From Dehalococcoidales bacterium (GTDB lineage Bacteria; Chloroflexota; Dehalococcoidia; Dehalococcoidales; RBG-16-60-22): DNA of 55,287 nt. This document shows positions 27,426 through 35,863 of the stretch, in pieces. The position numbers and the translations under genes were made by a program. Location: assembly GCA_034430675.1 (NCBI GenBank), contig DAOUEB010000048.1, positions 1-55,287 on the forward strand, given 5' to 3'. The notes under the pieces were generated by a model. The model did no database searches. It saw nothing but the letters and a program-made list of their open reading frames with translations, and was not told where the DNA came from. The number at the start of each line of letters is the position of its first letter. The stretch's first letter is position 1.

Positions 27426-27463
27426 AGACGCCCCATGTGGGGGCTGGGGACAAATTGAGGGAC

Positions 27464-27535
27464 GGATTGCTTCGCTACGCTCGCAATGACAGGAAGCGTA
27501 CGGATTGCTTCGTCGCTGCGCGGCTCGCAATGACA
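27464..27535 (+). repeat. Two tandem family-A repeat units immediately upstream of TerL
   Basis: ggattgcttcgctacgctcgcaatgaca (27464-27491) and ggattgcttcgtcgctgcgcggctcgcaatgaca (27502-27535). Confidence 0.8.
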
Positions 27536-27549
27536 GAAGTGGGTGAAAA

Positions 27550-28944
27550 GTGGATGAAAATATATCTATAAACAGGCTGCGGCCTTACCAGCGGGAGGTA
27601 GCGGTGGCGGTGCTGGATAGCGTGTTCGGGGGGAAGGGTTTTACCTTCTCGGTGGAAATCGCGAGGCAGGGGGGCAAAAACGAGCTTTCGGCACAGCTGG
27701 AATTGCTCCTGCTGACCCTCCACATGGGGGAGTCTAAGAATTTAATAAAATGCTCGCCGACGTTCAAGCCGCAGGCGGCGATATCGATGAGGAGGCTCAA
27801 AGACAGGCTCAACGACGCCGGATTCCGGGGCATATGGAAGTCGGAGCTCGGCTACACGGTAAGACTCGGCGACGCCCGGGCGATTTTCCTCTCGGCGGAG
27901 GAAACAGCCAACGTGGTCGGTAACACGGCCCACCTGCTCCTGGAAATCGACGAGTCGCAGGACGTCGGCAAAGAAAAATACACCAAGGAGTTCAAGCCGA
28001 TGGGGGCGACGACCAACGTCACGACCGTCCATTACGGCACGACCTGGGACGACACCACGCTGCTCGAGGAGGTCAAGCAGACGAACCTCGAACGGGAGCG
28101 CAAAGACGGCGTGAAGCGGCACTTCCGCTACGACTGGGAGGAGGTCGCCCGGCACAACCCGGACTACCGGGCTTATGTGGAGTTGGAGAGAGAACGATTG
28201 GGGGAGAACCACCCGCTGTTCCTGACGCAGTACCGCCTGCTGCCGATACACGGCGGGGGCGGATTCCTCAACGAACAGCAGAGGGCTCAGCTGCAGGGTG
28301 AGCACTCCCGGAAGCGACACGGTGAGCCGGGGAAGGTCTACGTGGCGGGAATCGACCTCGCCGGAGAAGCGGAGGAAATCGAAGGGAGCTATGCAAAAGC
28401 GGCCAAACACAGTCATGACTCAACAGTAGTAACAATCGGCGAGCTGGACTTTACGTCGGTCGATGAAATCGTCGGGGAGCCGGTCGTCAGAGTCGTCGAG
28501 CATTACCGGTGGACGGGGATAAAGCACACCGGGCTGTACGCTCGGCTGGCAGACATCATCAGGAAGGTGTGGCGGTGCCGGAGGGTAGTCGTCGACGCCA
28601 CCGGGGTAGGGGAGCCGGTGGCATCGTTCCTGCGAAAATCGCTCGGCACGCGGGTGACGCCGTTCAAGTTCACGCAGAAAAGCAAGAGCGAGCTGGGGTT
28701 CAACCTGCTGGCGGCGGTCAACGCGGGGCGGCTCAAGGTGTACCAGGGGGACGGCTCCGAGGAGTATCATGAGTTCTGGCAGGAGATGGAGAAGGCCAAA
28801 AGCACCTACCGGGCGAGCCAGACGATGAACTTCTACGTGGACGCGGCGCAGGGCCACGACGACTACCTGATGAGCCTGGCGCTTCTGGTGGAAGCGGCGC
28901 GGCTCTACGAGCCGAAAACCGCGAAGGGAGAAGAGAGGGAGTGA
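27550..28944 (+). CDS. terL: Phage terminase large subunit
   Basis: N-terminal ATPase region (EIARQGGKNE Walker-A-like; LLLEIDESQD Walker-B-like) and a C-terminal RNase H-fold nuclease region (GIDLAGE, VVVDATGVG, GHDDYLMSLALL). GTG start. Confidence 0.8.
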   Translation: MDENISINRLRPYQREVAVAVLDSVFGGKGFTFSVEIARQGGKNELSAQLELLLLTLHMGESKNLIKCSPTFKPQAAISMRRLKDRLNDAGFRGIWKSELGYTVRLGDARAIFLSAEETANVVGNTAHLLLEIDESQDVGKEKYTKEFKPMGATTNVTTVHYGTTWDDTTLLEEVKQTNLERERKDGVKRHFRYDWEEVARHNPDYRAYVELERERLGENHPLFLTQYRLLPIHGGGGFLNEQQRAQLQGEHSRKRHGEPGKVYVAGIDLAGEAEEIEGSYAKAAKHSHDSTVVTIGELDFTSVDEIVGEPVVRVVEHYRWTGIKHTGLYARLADIIRKVWRCRRVVVDATGVGEPVASFLRKSLGTRVTPFKFTQKSKSELGFNLLAAVNAGRLKVYQGDGSEEYHEFWQEMEKAKSTYRASQTMNFYVDAAQGHDDYLMSLALLVEAARLYEPKTAKGEERE

Positions 28945-28984
28945 GAAGTAACCAAATTGTATAGAAAGTAACTATTGTAAACTA

Positions 28985-29013
28985 TTGACAACCAATGGAT
29001 ACTATGGTATACT
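28985..29013 (+). promoter_or_regulatory. Near-consensus sigma-70 promoter with tandem 10-bp direct repeats over the -35
   Basis: TTGACA (28985-28990), a 17-nt spacer, then TATACT (29008-29013). ACTATTGTAA and ACTATTGACA are tandem at 28971-28990, and aagtaac recurs at 28946 and 28966. Confidence 0.55.
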
Positions 29014-29022
29014 GAAGTCACC

Positions 29023-29178
29023 ATGGAACAGAAAATCAAAACAAAGGGAAAATCAATAAAACTGAGAGCCGCAACTATTGAAAAGCTTGACAAATTGAGA
29101 CATAAAGGGCAAAGTTACGACGGAATAGTTTCGGAATTAATCGATCACTATGAAAAAGGGAAAGGATCGGGTGATTAG
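29023..29178 (+). CDS. Small putative DNA-binding protein, possibly ribbon-helix-helix-like (51 aa)
   Basis: MEQKIKTKGKSIKLRAATIEKLDKLRHKGQSYDGIVSELIDHYEKGKGSGD. The strand-helix-helix pattern (SIKL..ATIEKLDKL....SYDGIVSELI) resembles CopG/Arc-type proteins. It is below the ORF-track cutoff. Confidence 0.4.
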   Translation: MEQKIKTKGKSIKLRAATIEKLDKLRHKGQSYDGIVSELIDHYEKGKGSGD

Positions 29179-29235
29179 TTGTAGTTGAATATTGATTGAG
29201 ATATAACGATAGTGTCGGAATGAAGGAGGTGTGGT

Positions 29236-29838
29236 ATGCAAAGGATAAGCTTCAACTTCGACTATAAGAAGGCTACTCAAGAGCTCAATTATTTCGCTTT
29301 GAAAGAGGGGGGTGATATCAATAAGATGAAAGCCCTCAAATTAATATATTTCGCAGACCGATTTCATCTAAGGAAATATGGCCGCCTAATAACTAATGAT
29401 ATATATTTTGCTATGGATTATGGGCCTGTACCTTCAAATGTCAAAGACATTGCTGAAGAAACAAGTTTCCTTGGTGACAGTGAAAAGGACTATTCCTCAC
29501 AGTATATTTCCGTTATTGATAACCTTACCTTTAAATCTGTAAACCCGGTTGATAATGGTATATTTTCTGACTCAGATGTGGAAGCGTTAGACTATATTTG
29601 GGAGAGGTTTGGGCATCTTGATCAATTTGAACTCGCAGATATTACTCATGAATACCCCGAATGGAAAAGGCATGAAAAGGCATTAGATTTAGATCCCAGA
29701 ATTCAAATGTATCTGGAAGATTTTTTTGATGATCCAGATGCTGATGTTGAAAAGTGTTTTGAATTGAGTGATCAAGATAAGAATCTCCGCCGTGAACAGT
29801 TAGCAGAAATGGCCTACCTAGAATCTCTCTGGAGGTAG
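29236..29838 (+). CDS. Panacea (DUF4065) domain antitoxin-like protein (SocA/PanA type)
   Basis: KALKLIYFADRFHLRKYGRLITNDIYFAMDYGPVPSNVKDI and ELADITHEYPEWKRH match the DUF4065 pattern. Confidence 0.65.
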   Translation: MQRISFNFDYKKATQELNYFALKEGGDINKMKALKLIYFADRFHLRKYGRLITNDIYFAMDYGPVPSNVKDIAEETSFLGDSEKDYSSQYISVIDNLTFKSVNPVDNGIFSDSDVEALDYIWERFGHLDQFELADITHEYPEWKRHEKALDLDPRIQMYLEDFFDDPDADVEKCFELSDQDKNLRREQLAEMAYLESLWR

Positions 29839-29840
29839 CC

Positions 29841-30278
29841 TTGATTGATGTTCCTCCAGAAGTCGCCATCAGAGCCACTATACGACCTGGTTCTGTTTAT
29901 TATTTCACAGAAAGTAGCTTCAGTTCGTCAGAACCGCATTATTTCATTGTAATTAATATTAATCCCCATGAAGATAGAGTAATTTTTCTCGTATGCGCCT
30001 CTTCTCAAATTGAAAAGGTCAAACTACGTCAAAAAATGTGTCCGAATGAAACGTTAATTGAAATTTCCTCTAGTAAATATTCAAATTTTCACGTTGATTC
30101 AATTGTAGACTGTAATAAAGTAATAGAAAAAACTATTGATCATTTAGTAGAAAAGTTGGTACAAAGTAAACTCAAATTAAAAACTGAGATGGACATGAAT
30201 TTGGTGAAGCAATTACGGCAAGGAGTGTTACAAAGCCCCCTGGTTGAAAACCGAATTAAGGAATCATTACGTGATTAG
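29841..30278 (+). CDS. Unknown 145-aa protein coupled to the Panacea ORF (candidate toxin)
   Basis: TTG start 5 nt after GGAGG and 2 nt after the upstream stop. The N-terminal half (PGSVYYF ... HYFIVININP ... VIFLVCASS) is reminiscent of an SH3-like PemK/MazF barrel, but that is unconfirmed. Confidence 0.45.
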   Translation: MIDVPPEVAIRATIRPGSVYYFTESSFSSSEPHYFIVININPHEDRVIFLVCASSQIEKVKLRQKMCPNETLIEISSSKYSNFHVDSIVDCNKVIEKTIDHLVEKLVQSKLKLKTEMDMNLVKQLRQGVLQSPLVENRIKESLRD

Positions 30279-30344
30279 AATATATAACCAACTTGGCTCA
30301 TATCATTTTGGGTTTTCACTGTCCTGTCATAGTGTGTAGGTAAC

Positions 30345-30445
30345 TAACGAGATAAGCCGCAGATGGTGCGGGGGCGGCCCGCCTACGCCGAGGCTTCGGC
30401 GGGCAAGTCGGGGTGGGAAAAGATAACATGCGATGGGGGGGTAAG
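30345..30445 (-). repeat. Family-C dispersed repeat, copy 2 (inverted relative to copy 1)
   Basis: Its reverse complement shares gttatcttttcccaccc, cttgcccgccg and gcgtaggcgggccgccc with 16255-16385. It lacks the ~35-nt internal segment of copy 1. Confidence 0.75.
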
Positions 30446-30516
30446 GGGGGGCGTTAGTGCTCCCCCTTTTTTTTATGATATTATTGGGTCGAACGGCACT
30501 TTTAGGGAGGGTTTTC

Positions 30517-31215
30517 ATGGCGGATAAAGATTTGGAAGCCAGAGTGGCGGCGCTGGAGAAAGAACTCCAGAGGCTGAAAGACATCGAGGCGATACGCAAG
30601 CTGGAGCACGCCTACAGCTTTTACCTGGTCATGTGGATGCCCGACGAGATAATGGACCTGTTTTCATGGAGGGACGACACAACGCTGGAATGGCCGGAGG
30701 GGACGTTCTACGGCAAGGACGGCTTGAAACGGTTCTTCGGGAACATCAACCCGAATAAAGACCCGGAGTTCATGCACCAGATGATGCACCTTTCGGACGT
30801 AATCGATATAGCCGGGGATGGAAAGACCGGCCAGGGGCGCTGGTGGGGATTCGGGGCGATGGCCCTGCCCATGGGCGACATGGGCGTCAACCAGGCGCTG
30901 GCCTGCGGCATCTACGAGAACGACTTCATTAAAGAGGATGGCGTCTGGAAGCTGTGGAAAATCAAGTGGGTGCCCGTGTACTCCGGGACACCGGCGCGGG
31001 GATGGGTTAAAGAGGAGAGGGTCGCCAGGCCGCGGCCGCCCAGAGAAGGCGAAGAAATGAGGCTGCCCGAATGGTGGCAGTCGGACAAGCCGGCCAAGGG
31101 CATCGATTACGGATATCCCTCAGGTTATATACTGCCGTTCCACTTCCCGCACCCGGTGACCGGGAAGGCAACGGCCGAAGGTGAGAGAAACAAGCGCGTC
31201 AAAGGGGTGAAATAG
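30517..31215 (+). CDS. SnoaL/NTF2-like fold protein
   Basis: The pattern LEARVAALE..L.DIEAIRKLEHAYSFY is typical of SnoaL_4-type proteins. I moved the start to ATG 30517, after GGGAGGG. Confidence 0.5.
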   Translation: MADKDLEARVAALEKELQRLKDIEAIRKLEHAYSFYLVMWMPDEIMDLFSWRDDTTLEWPEGTFYGKDGLKRFFGNINPNKDPEFMHQMMHLSDVIDIAGDGKTGQGRWWGFGAMALPMGDMGVNQALACGIYENDFIKEDGVWKLWKIKWVPVYSGTPARGWVKEERVARPRPPREGEEMRLPEWWQSDKPAKGIDYGYPSGYILPFHFPHPVTGKATAEGERNKRVKGVK

Positions 31216-31243
31216 AGATTGCTTTGCTACACTCGCAATGACA
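31215..31243 (+). repeat. Family-A repeat unit
   Basis: gagattgctttgctacactcgcaatgaca. Confidence 0.75.
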
Positions 31244-31296
31244 TCCATGTGGTTGGGGGGATATTTTTACGGGGGGTGGGGATGTTAAAATAATAT

Positions 31297-31336
31297 CCCC
31301 CTCTCCTCCGGGAGGCAGGGTCCGAAGGAGAGGGGG
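31297..31336. terminator. Hairpin between convergent genes (11-bp stem ccccctctcct/aggagaggggg)
   Basis: Exact complementarity between 31297-31307 and 31326-31336. It lies between the SnoaL-like stop and the stop of the 573-aa surface protein. Confidence 0.4.
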
Positions 31337-31378
31337 TAGCAAAGGGGGGTGGGGTAAGGGAATGCAGCATACTATATT

Positions 31379-33100
31379 TTAGTAGTAGAAGGCAGTCCTC
31401 CTGCCCAGCCAGTAACCGATGCCAAAGATAAGTACCGCACCGATTCCGAGTATGGTATACAGCGCCCAGCTGGGGAAGGAACCGGGACCACCACCGGAAT
31501 AGAATTCGCCGGCACCGGTCCATTCACTTTCGTTGGAGGCGGCATCTACGGCCTGTACTCTCCAGTAGAAAGCGTCTTTGCGACCAGCCAGTTTGAGCTC
31601 CTCGGCTTCGGTCAGGGTGTAAGTGGAAAGCTCAATGTCAGTAATCTCCATGACAATGGAGGCTTCCGAGAAAGTATCGTCGGTGGCAATCTGGAGGACA
31701 TAGGTTACCGGCATGCTGTCATCGGTAACATCTTCCCAGCCGAAGGTTCCCGGAGATTTTAGTTTGACTCCCATCTCCGGTAACAGGGGCGGGGGTGTCT
31801 CCGGAGCTACCGATTCCACGGTATAGGTAATCGTATTGGTATTGGTGCCGTCGCTGACGGTTATGATATGCTCTCCGTGCGCGCTGGGCGGGGCCGTGAA
31901 GATAGACATGACCTGGCCGTTGGCATCGGCGGTTGCCGTGGCTACTTCCGTATCGTCGTATTTAATAGTAACCTCAGCATTCGGGGTAAAGCCGGCACCG
32001 CCGATGCCGATACTGGAACCGATAGTGTCACCGTCGGTGCTGATGCTGAGGACGGGGGTTGAGGTGGATGGGGGGGTGGGTGTGGGTTCGGGCGTGGGTT
32101 CAGGTTCGGGGGTGGGCTCGGTGGGAGGGGCTACGTTCAGGGTGAAACTGGCAACAGCAAGATTGGTGCCGTCATCAGCTTCCACCTGATATACTACGGC
32201 GTTTAACCCTGAAGGCACGATGAAAGATGCCGAAAAAGTACCTGAAGTGTCTGCTATTACCGGCGATAGTGTTTCCACCGGGTAAGCATTGAAGTATATT
32301 GTCGGTACCGCCCTTCTAGCGAAGCCGGTGCAGCTCATAAGCACGGTGGAGCCGGCCTCTCCCGACTGTGGTGTAATGAGTATGTCCGGCACTACGGTGA
32401 ACGTGGCGGTAACATCACTGCTGCCTACGGTCACGGTTATGGTATGGGCGCCGGCGACACTATCCGGGATGTAGATATAAGAATCAAGGCTACCGTTGGT
32501 CAGGGTTGTAGTACTGCCACTATCGATGATAACCGGGGTGCCATCATATGTGACAGTGATAGCGGTACTGGCGACATAGCCGGTGCCGACAATCCTCACG
32601 GCAGTATCTACGGGGCCGGTGGTGGGTGTAATGGTAATAGCGCCGGCGGCTATGGTGAACTGGGCTTTAGACTTAATGAGGGTAGCGCCTAACAAAGTGA
32701 CATAAATGTAGTAAGTACCGGAGGTAACGCTGACGTCAGCGGAACCATCGGTGAGTGTTGCGGGTAGCGTAAAGGTGGTGCTGAAATCCCCCTCGGTGGC
32801 GGTGTATTCTTCGCCAATAAGCGCATTCGCGACAACCTCGTAGCTATTGACGTTTGTATCAATGTACTGTCCTACTAAGGCTGAATTCTGAGCGAAGATA
32901 ACTCTGGCCCATTTTTCGCTGGTATCGGTACTCGGGGTGAAGTTAGTACCGCTGACGGTAATGGTGTCACCAACCTTACCCGAAGCCGGTGATGCCGTAA
33001 TATCATTGGTGGCGTGGACCGGCAATGCCGGTACGGCCATCAGCAAAAGTGACAGGATGAGCGTCACCACGAGCATTCTAATAATTCCTGTGTATTTCAT
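31379..33100 (-). CDS. Secreted surface protein with IPT/TIG-like Ig repeats, a PT-rich linker, an Fn3-like module and a C-terminal TM anchor
   Basis: Signal peptide (LLMAVPALPVHA). Repeated units of the type I(T/S)P..G..G..V.V.G.GF. A PTEPTPEPEPTPEPTPTPP linker. YWRVQAVDAASNESEWT. C-terminal WALYTILGIGAVLIFGIGYWLGRRTAFYY. Confidence 0.7.
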   Translation of the reverse strand: MKYTGIIRMLVVTLILSLLLMAVPALPVHATNDITASPASGKVGDTITVSGTNFTPSTDTSEKWARVIFAQNSALVGQYIDTNVNSYEVVANALIGEEYTATEGDFSTTFTLPATLTDGSADVSVTSGTYYIYVTLLGATLIKSKAQFTIAAGAITITPTTGPVDTAVRIVGTGYVASTAITVTYDGTPVIIDSGSTTTLTNGSLDSYIYIPDSVAGAHTITVTVGSSDVTATFTVVPDILITPQSGEAGSTVLMSCTGFARRAVPTIYFNAYPVETLSPVIADTSGTFSASFIVPSGLNAVVYQVEADDGTNLAVASFTLNVAPPTEPTPEPEPTPEPTPTPPSTSTPVLSISTDGDTIGSSIGIGGAGFTPNAEVTIKYDDTEVATATADANGQVMSIFTAPPSAHGEHIITVSDGTNTNTITYTVESVAPETPPPLLPEMGVKLKSPGTFGWEDVTDDSMPVTYVLQIATDDTFSEASIVMEITDIELSTYTLTEAEELKLAGRKDAFYWRVQAVDAASNESEWTGAGEFYSGGGPGSFPSWALYTILGIGAVLIFGIGYWLGRRTAFYY

Positions 33101-33184
33101 TTCAGCCTCCTGAATAAAGTATTAATATTTTATCGTGTACCAGATAAACTCCCCATTTTATATAACGTTACCACCACTCAAAAG

Positions 33185-35050
33185 TTAGTCCGGCGGCTGG
33201 TAGGCGGTGCGCCTGCCCCACCGGAAAGCAAAATACACAATGATAATGACCCCGATACCTATCAAGGTATATATTAACCAGCCAGGAAAAGTGAATGAAG
33301 AGTCGATATAGAATGAGCTGGGAGCTGACCAATCGCTTTCGTTGTTAACGCTATCTATGGCTTTTACCCTCCAGTAATAGGCTATTTCCCGTTCGAGTTC
33401 CAGTTCATCTTCTTCGGTCAGGAGGTAGTCGGAAGAGGTCAGCCCTGTTTTCTCGAAGATGACGGACGTAAAATTCAGGTCCGTGGCGAGCTGCAGGTTA
33501 TAAGTCATCGGCAGGCTGTAACTGGTGACAGCCTGCCAGTTAAAGAGCACCGGCATATCCGACATACTATCCGATGCCGGCGTCAGCAATACCGGCGCTT
33601 GCGGTGCGTTTATGTAGAACGACCACGGTTCAGACCACTCGCTTTCATTGCCAGCGCCATCTATGGCTTTTACCCTCCAGAAGTAGAGGACGGTTTCAGC
33701 GACTGCGATGAGTTTTTCTTCCCCGGTCAGGTTATATTCTGATTCGGTCAGTCCTTCTTTTACCAAAACCAGGGACGAGAAATTCTGGTCGGAAGCTAAC
33801 TGAAGGTTATAAACCACGGGCAGACTGGGGTCGGTAACATCATACCAATCGAGGAAGGCTTCGGACCTTGCCTCGCTGCTGTTGTGAGGCAGCTTCAGGG
33901 CAGGATTCTGTGGGGCTTCCGATTCCACGGTGAAGGCAAGCTGTTTGGTGGTGGTGCCGTCGCTGACGGTGATAACGTGACTGCCGCTACCGCTGGAAGG
34001 GACATAAAAAGTTATGGTGAAGCCACCATTATTATCAGCTGTGGCCGTACCGACACGCAGATTATCGTAGTCCACGGTAACCGTTTCTCCAACTTCAAAG
34101 CCGCTACCCCGAACGGTAATTGTGCTGCCGACGGAGCCGGTGGTCTGGCTCAGGCTAGCCCCGGCGGTGACGGTGAACTTTACTTTATCCACATTATCTG
34201 CTTCGTCCTTTGCCTTGACATCGTACTGATTGGGTTTAATATCCGGCACGTTGAATTCAATATCGAAGTTGCCGTAATCATCTGTTTTGACGGTAGCCAC
34301 GGTGAAGTTGCCGAAGGTGATATTAACCTTGCTCCGATAACCAAAACCGGTGCCGCTGGCATTCAGCAATTCTCTGGACCCACCGGAGGTCAGGTTGAGC
34401 TTCAGGTCCGGGAGCACCTCGAATTCAGCCTCAGCCAGGTGACCTTCGGCATTGGACGCGGTAATCTTGTGAATACCCCCGATACTATTGGGTATGGTGA
34501 AGCTATGGCTGAACTGGCCCACGGAAGAAGCGGTTACCGTATTGATGATATCCTCAACAATATTGTAATAGTACAGGGTGACCGTCCTTCCGGCGTAGAA
34601 GCCGATGCCGATGATAGTGACTTCAGTGCCGGCAGGGCCGTCAACAACATCCAGAGTTATGCCAGGCTCTTCAACGATGAAAAAGTTATTGGCCAGGGAG
34701 TCCGTGGAGTCGGCTTCGCTTTTTATCCGAATCCAGTGACGGCCGGGGGTGGCAGTGGCGGGGATGGTAAACGGGATAGTGAACTCACCTGTCTGAGGGA
34801 CGGTGAGCGGACTGCTGCCGGATATTTCTGTGCTGTCAAAGAATATATGAATGCTATCACCTTTATAGGAGTCGAAAACAGTGCCGGATATAGTCACCTT
34901 GGTTCCGACGGCGCCAGAGGCGGGGTCCAAAGTGACTACGGGCGCCGCCAGGGCAGGGGTGCTCATTAAGAGCACAGCGAGTAACGGTAAAATTATTACC
35001 AGCGAGAAGAAACGTTTATGATATCTTGCGGAGCATTCCGCTGTTTTCAT
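33185..35050 (-). CDS. Paralogous secreted surface protein (IPT/TIG-like repeats, two Fn3-like modules, C-terminal TM anchor)
   Basis: Signal peptide (LLMSTPALAAP). Repeated Ig-like units. FWRVKAIDGAGNESEWS and YWRVKAIDSVNNESDWS. C-terminal WLIYTLIGIGVIIIVYFAFRWGRRTAYQPPD. Confidence 0.7.
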   Translation of the reverse strand: MKTAECSARYHKRFFSLVIILPLLAVLLMSTPALAAPVVTLDPASGAVGTKVTISGTVFDSYKGDSIHIFFDSTEISGSSPLTVPQTGEFTIPFTIPATATPGRHWIRIKSEADSTDSLANNFFIVEEPGITLDVVDGPAGTEVTIIGIGFYAGRTVTLYYYNIVEDIINTVTASSVGQFSHSFTIPNSIGGIHKITASNAEGHLAEAEFEVLPDLKLNLTSGGSRELLNASGTGFGYRSKVNITFGNFTVATVKTDDYGNFDIEFNVPDIKPNQYDVKAKDEADNVDKVKFTVTAGASLSQTTGSVGSTITVRGSGFEVGETVTVDYDNLRVGTATADNNGGFTITFYVPSSGSGSHVITVSDGTTTKQLAFTVESEAPQNPALKLPHNSSEARSEAFLDWYDVTDPSLPVVYNLQLASDQNFSSLVLVKEGLTESEYNLTGEEKLIAVAETVLYFWRVKAIDGAGNESEWSEPWSFYINAPQAPVLLTPASDSMSDMPVLFNWQAVTSYSLPMTYNLQLATDLNFTSVIFEKTGLTSSDYLLTEEDELELEREIAYYWRVKAIDSVNNESDWSAPSSFYIDSSFTFPGWLIYTLIGIGVIIIVYFAFRWGRRTAYQPPD

Positions 35051-35113
35051 GCTGGCCTCCTTGTGGAGGGGATTCGTTGCCGGGTAGTACCGATTTCTTT
35101 TCGTCGGCTCCTT

Positions 35114-35320
35114 TCACTGTACTAGTCTTCTCCTGGCGCCGCGACTCGGATTATATGTCCCGGCGAAGTTGTCCAGGGTATCTTTGTTAATGAGCCAGGT
35201 GTTATGAATCTTGGTAGCCGGGATGTCTCCCTGGCGGCATAGCCGTTTCACCGTTTCCGGATGAACCTTGAGACGGCGACTGGCCTCAATCACATTAAGA
35301 TAATTATCCCAGACCGGCAT
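35114..35320 (-). CDS. Excisionase/MerR-type helix-turn-helix protein
   Basis: LNVIEASRRLKVHPETVKRLCRQGDIPATKI matches the HTH_17/excisionase pattern. It is divergent from the phage-like operon. Confidence 0.6.
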   Translation of the reverse strand: MPVWDNYLNVIEASRRLKVHPETVKRLCRQGDIPATKIHNTWLINKDTLDNFAGTYNPSRGARRRLVQ

Positions 35321-35408
35321 TTTATTCTCTTAACATTCCTTAATAAATATTGCTTTATCAAAGCAATTATAACATTCCCGAACACATTTGTCAAGCATTG
35401 GCGCCCAA

Positions 35409-35458
35409 AATACGACAAAATTCCATTGACGAAATAGAACATATGTGCTATTCTAACC
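35409..35458 (+). promoter_or_regulatory. Promoter/operator copy 2: TACGACAAAA box, TTGACG, 17-nt spacer, TATTCT, with AGAACATATGTGCTA over the spacer and -10
   Basis: -35 at 35426-35431 and -10 at 35449-35454. The operator 15-mer at 35436-35450 is identical to 26868-26882. Confidence 0.65.
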
Positions 35459-35481
35459 CTGTTTGGTTTGAGAGGTGAGCT

Positions 35482-35838
35482 ATGGATTTGGTGACGCGTG
35501 AGATTGGCGATGCTGAACAGGAAGAGAAGGAGGAAACCAGTAAGAATGAGCCGGATTTACCGCCGGAATACTGCCACTACCGGGATGAAGGATGCGAGTA
35601 TGCCGATTCCTGCCTGGACTGTCCGTTCCCGCAGTGCCTTTACGATGAACCGCGCGGGAGGCAGCGCTGGCTGAAGGAATTACGGAACAGGGAGATAAAC
35701 AGGCTTTTTACAGGAGGGTGGGGGGTCAAGGAACTGGCATTATTGTTCGGGGTGAGCCAGAGGACGATACAGAGGGCGTTAAATAACACTTTACCTACCT
35801 CACCTATAAAGCAGAGCGAGGAACCCGATAAACGGTAA
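35482..35838 (+). CDS. Cysteine-cluster plus HTH regulator (phage-like)
   Basis: Five Cys in 22 residues (CHYRDEGCEYADSCLDCPFPQC) followed by GGWGVKELALLFGVSQRTIQRAL, a helix-turn-helix. Confidence 0.5.
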   Translation: MDLVTREIGDAEQEEKEETSKNEPDLPPEYCHYRDEGCEYADSCLDCPFPQCLYDEPRGRQRWLKELRNREINRLFTGGWGVKELALLFGVSQRTIQRALNNTLPTSPIKQSEEPDKR

Positions 35839-35863
35839 GACTATTTATTAAGGAGAAAGAAAC

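Noticed and set aside
27464-27535. A CRISPR array, considered because of the repeated ...cgcaatgaca units here and at 37788-37915.
   Set aside because: Each site has only two or three units. Unit lengths and spacing are irregular. The units are internally palindromic and dispersed singly across the window. No cas genes are present.
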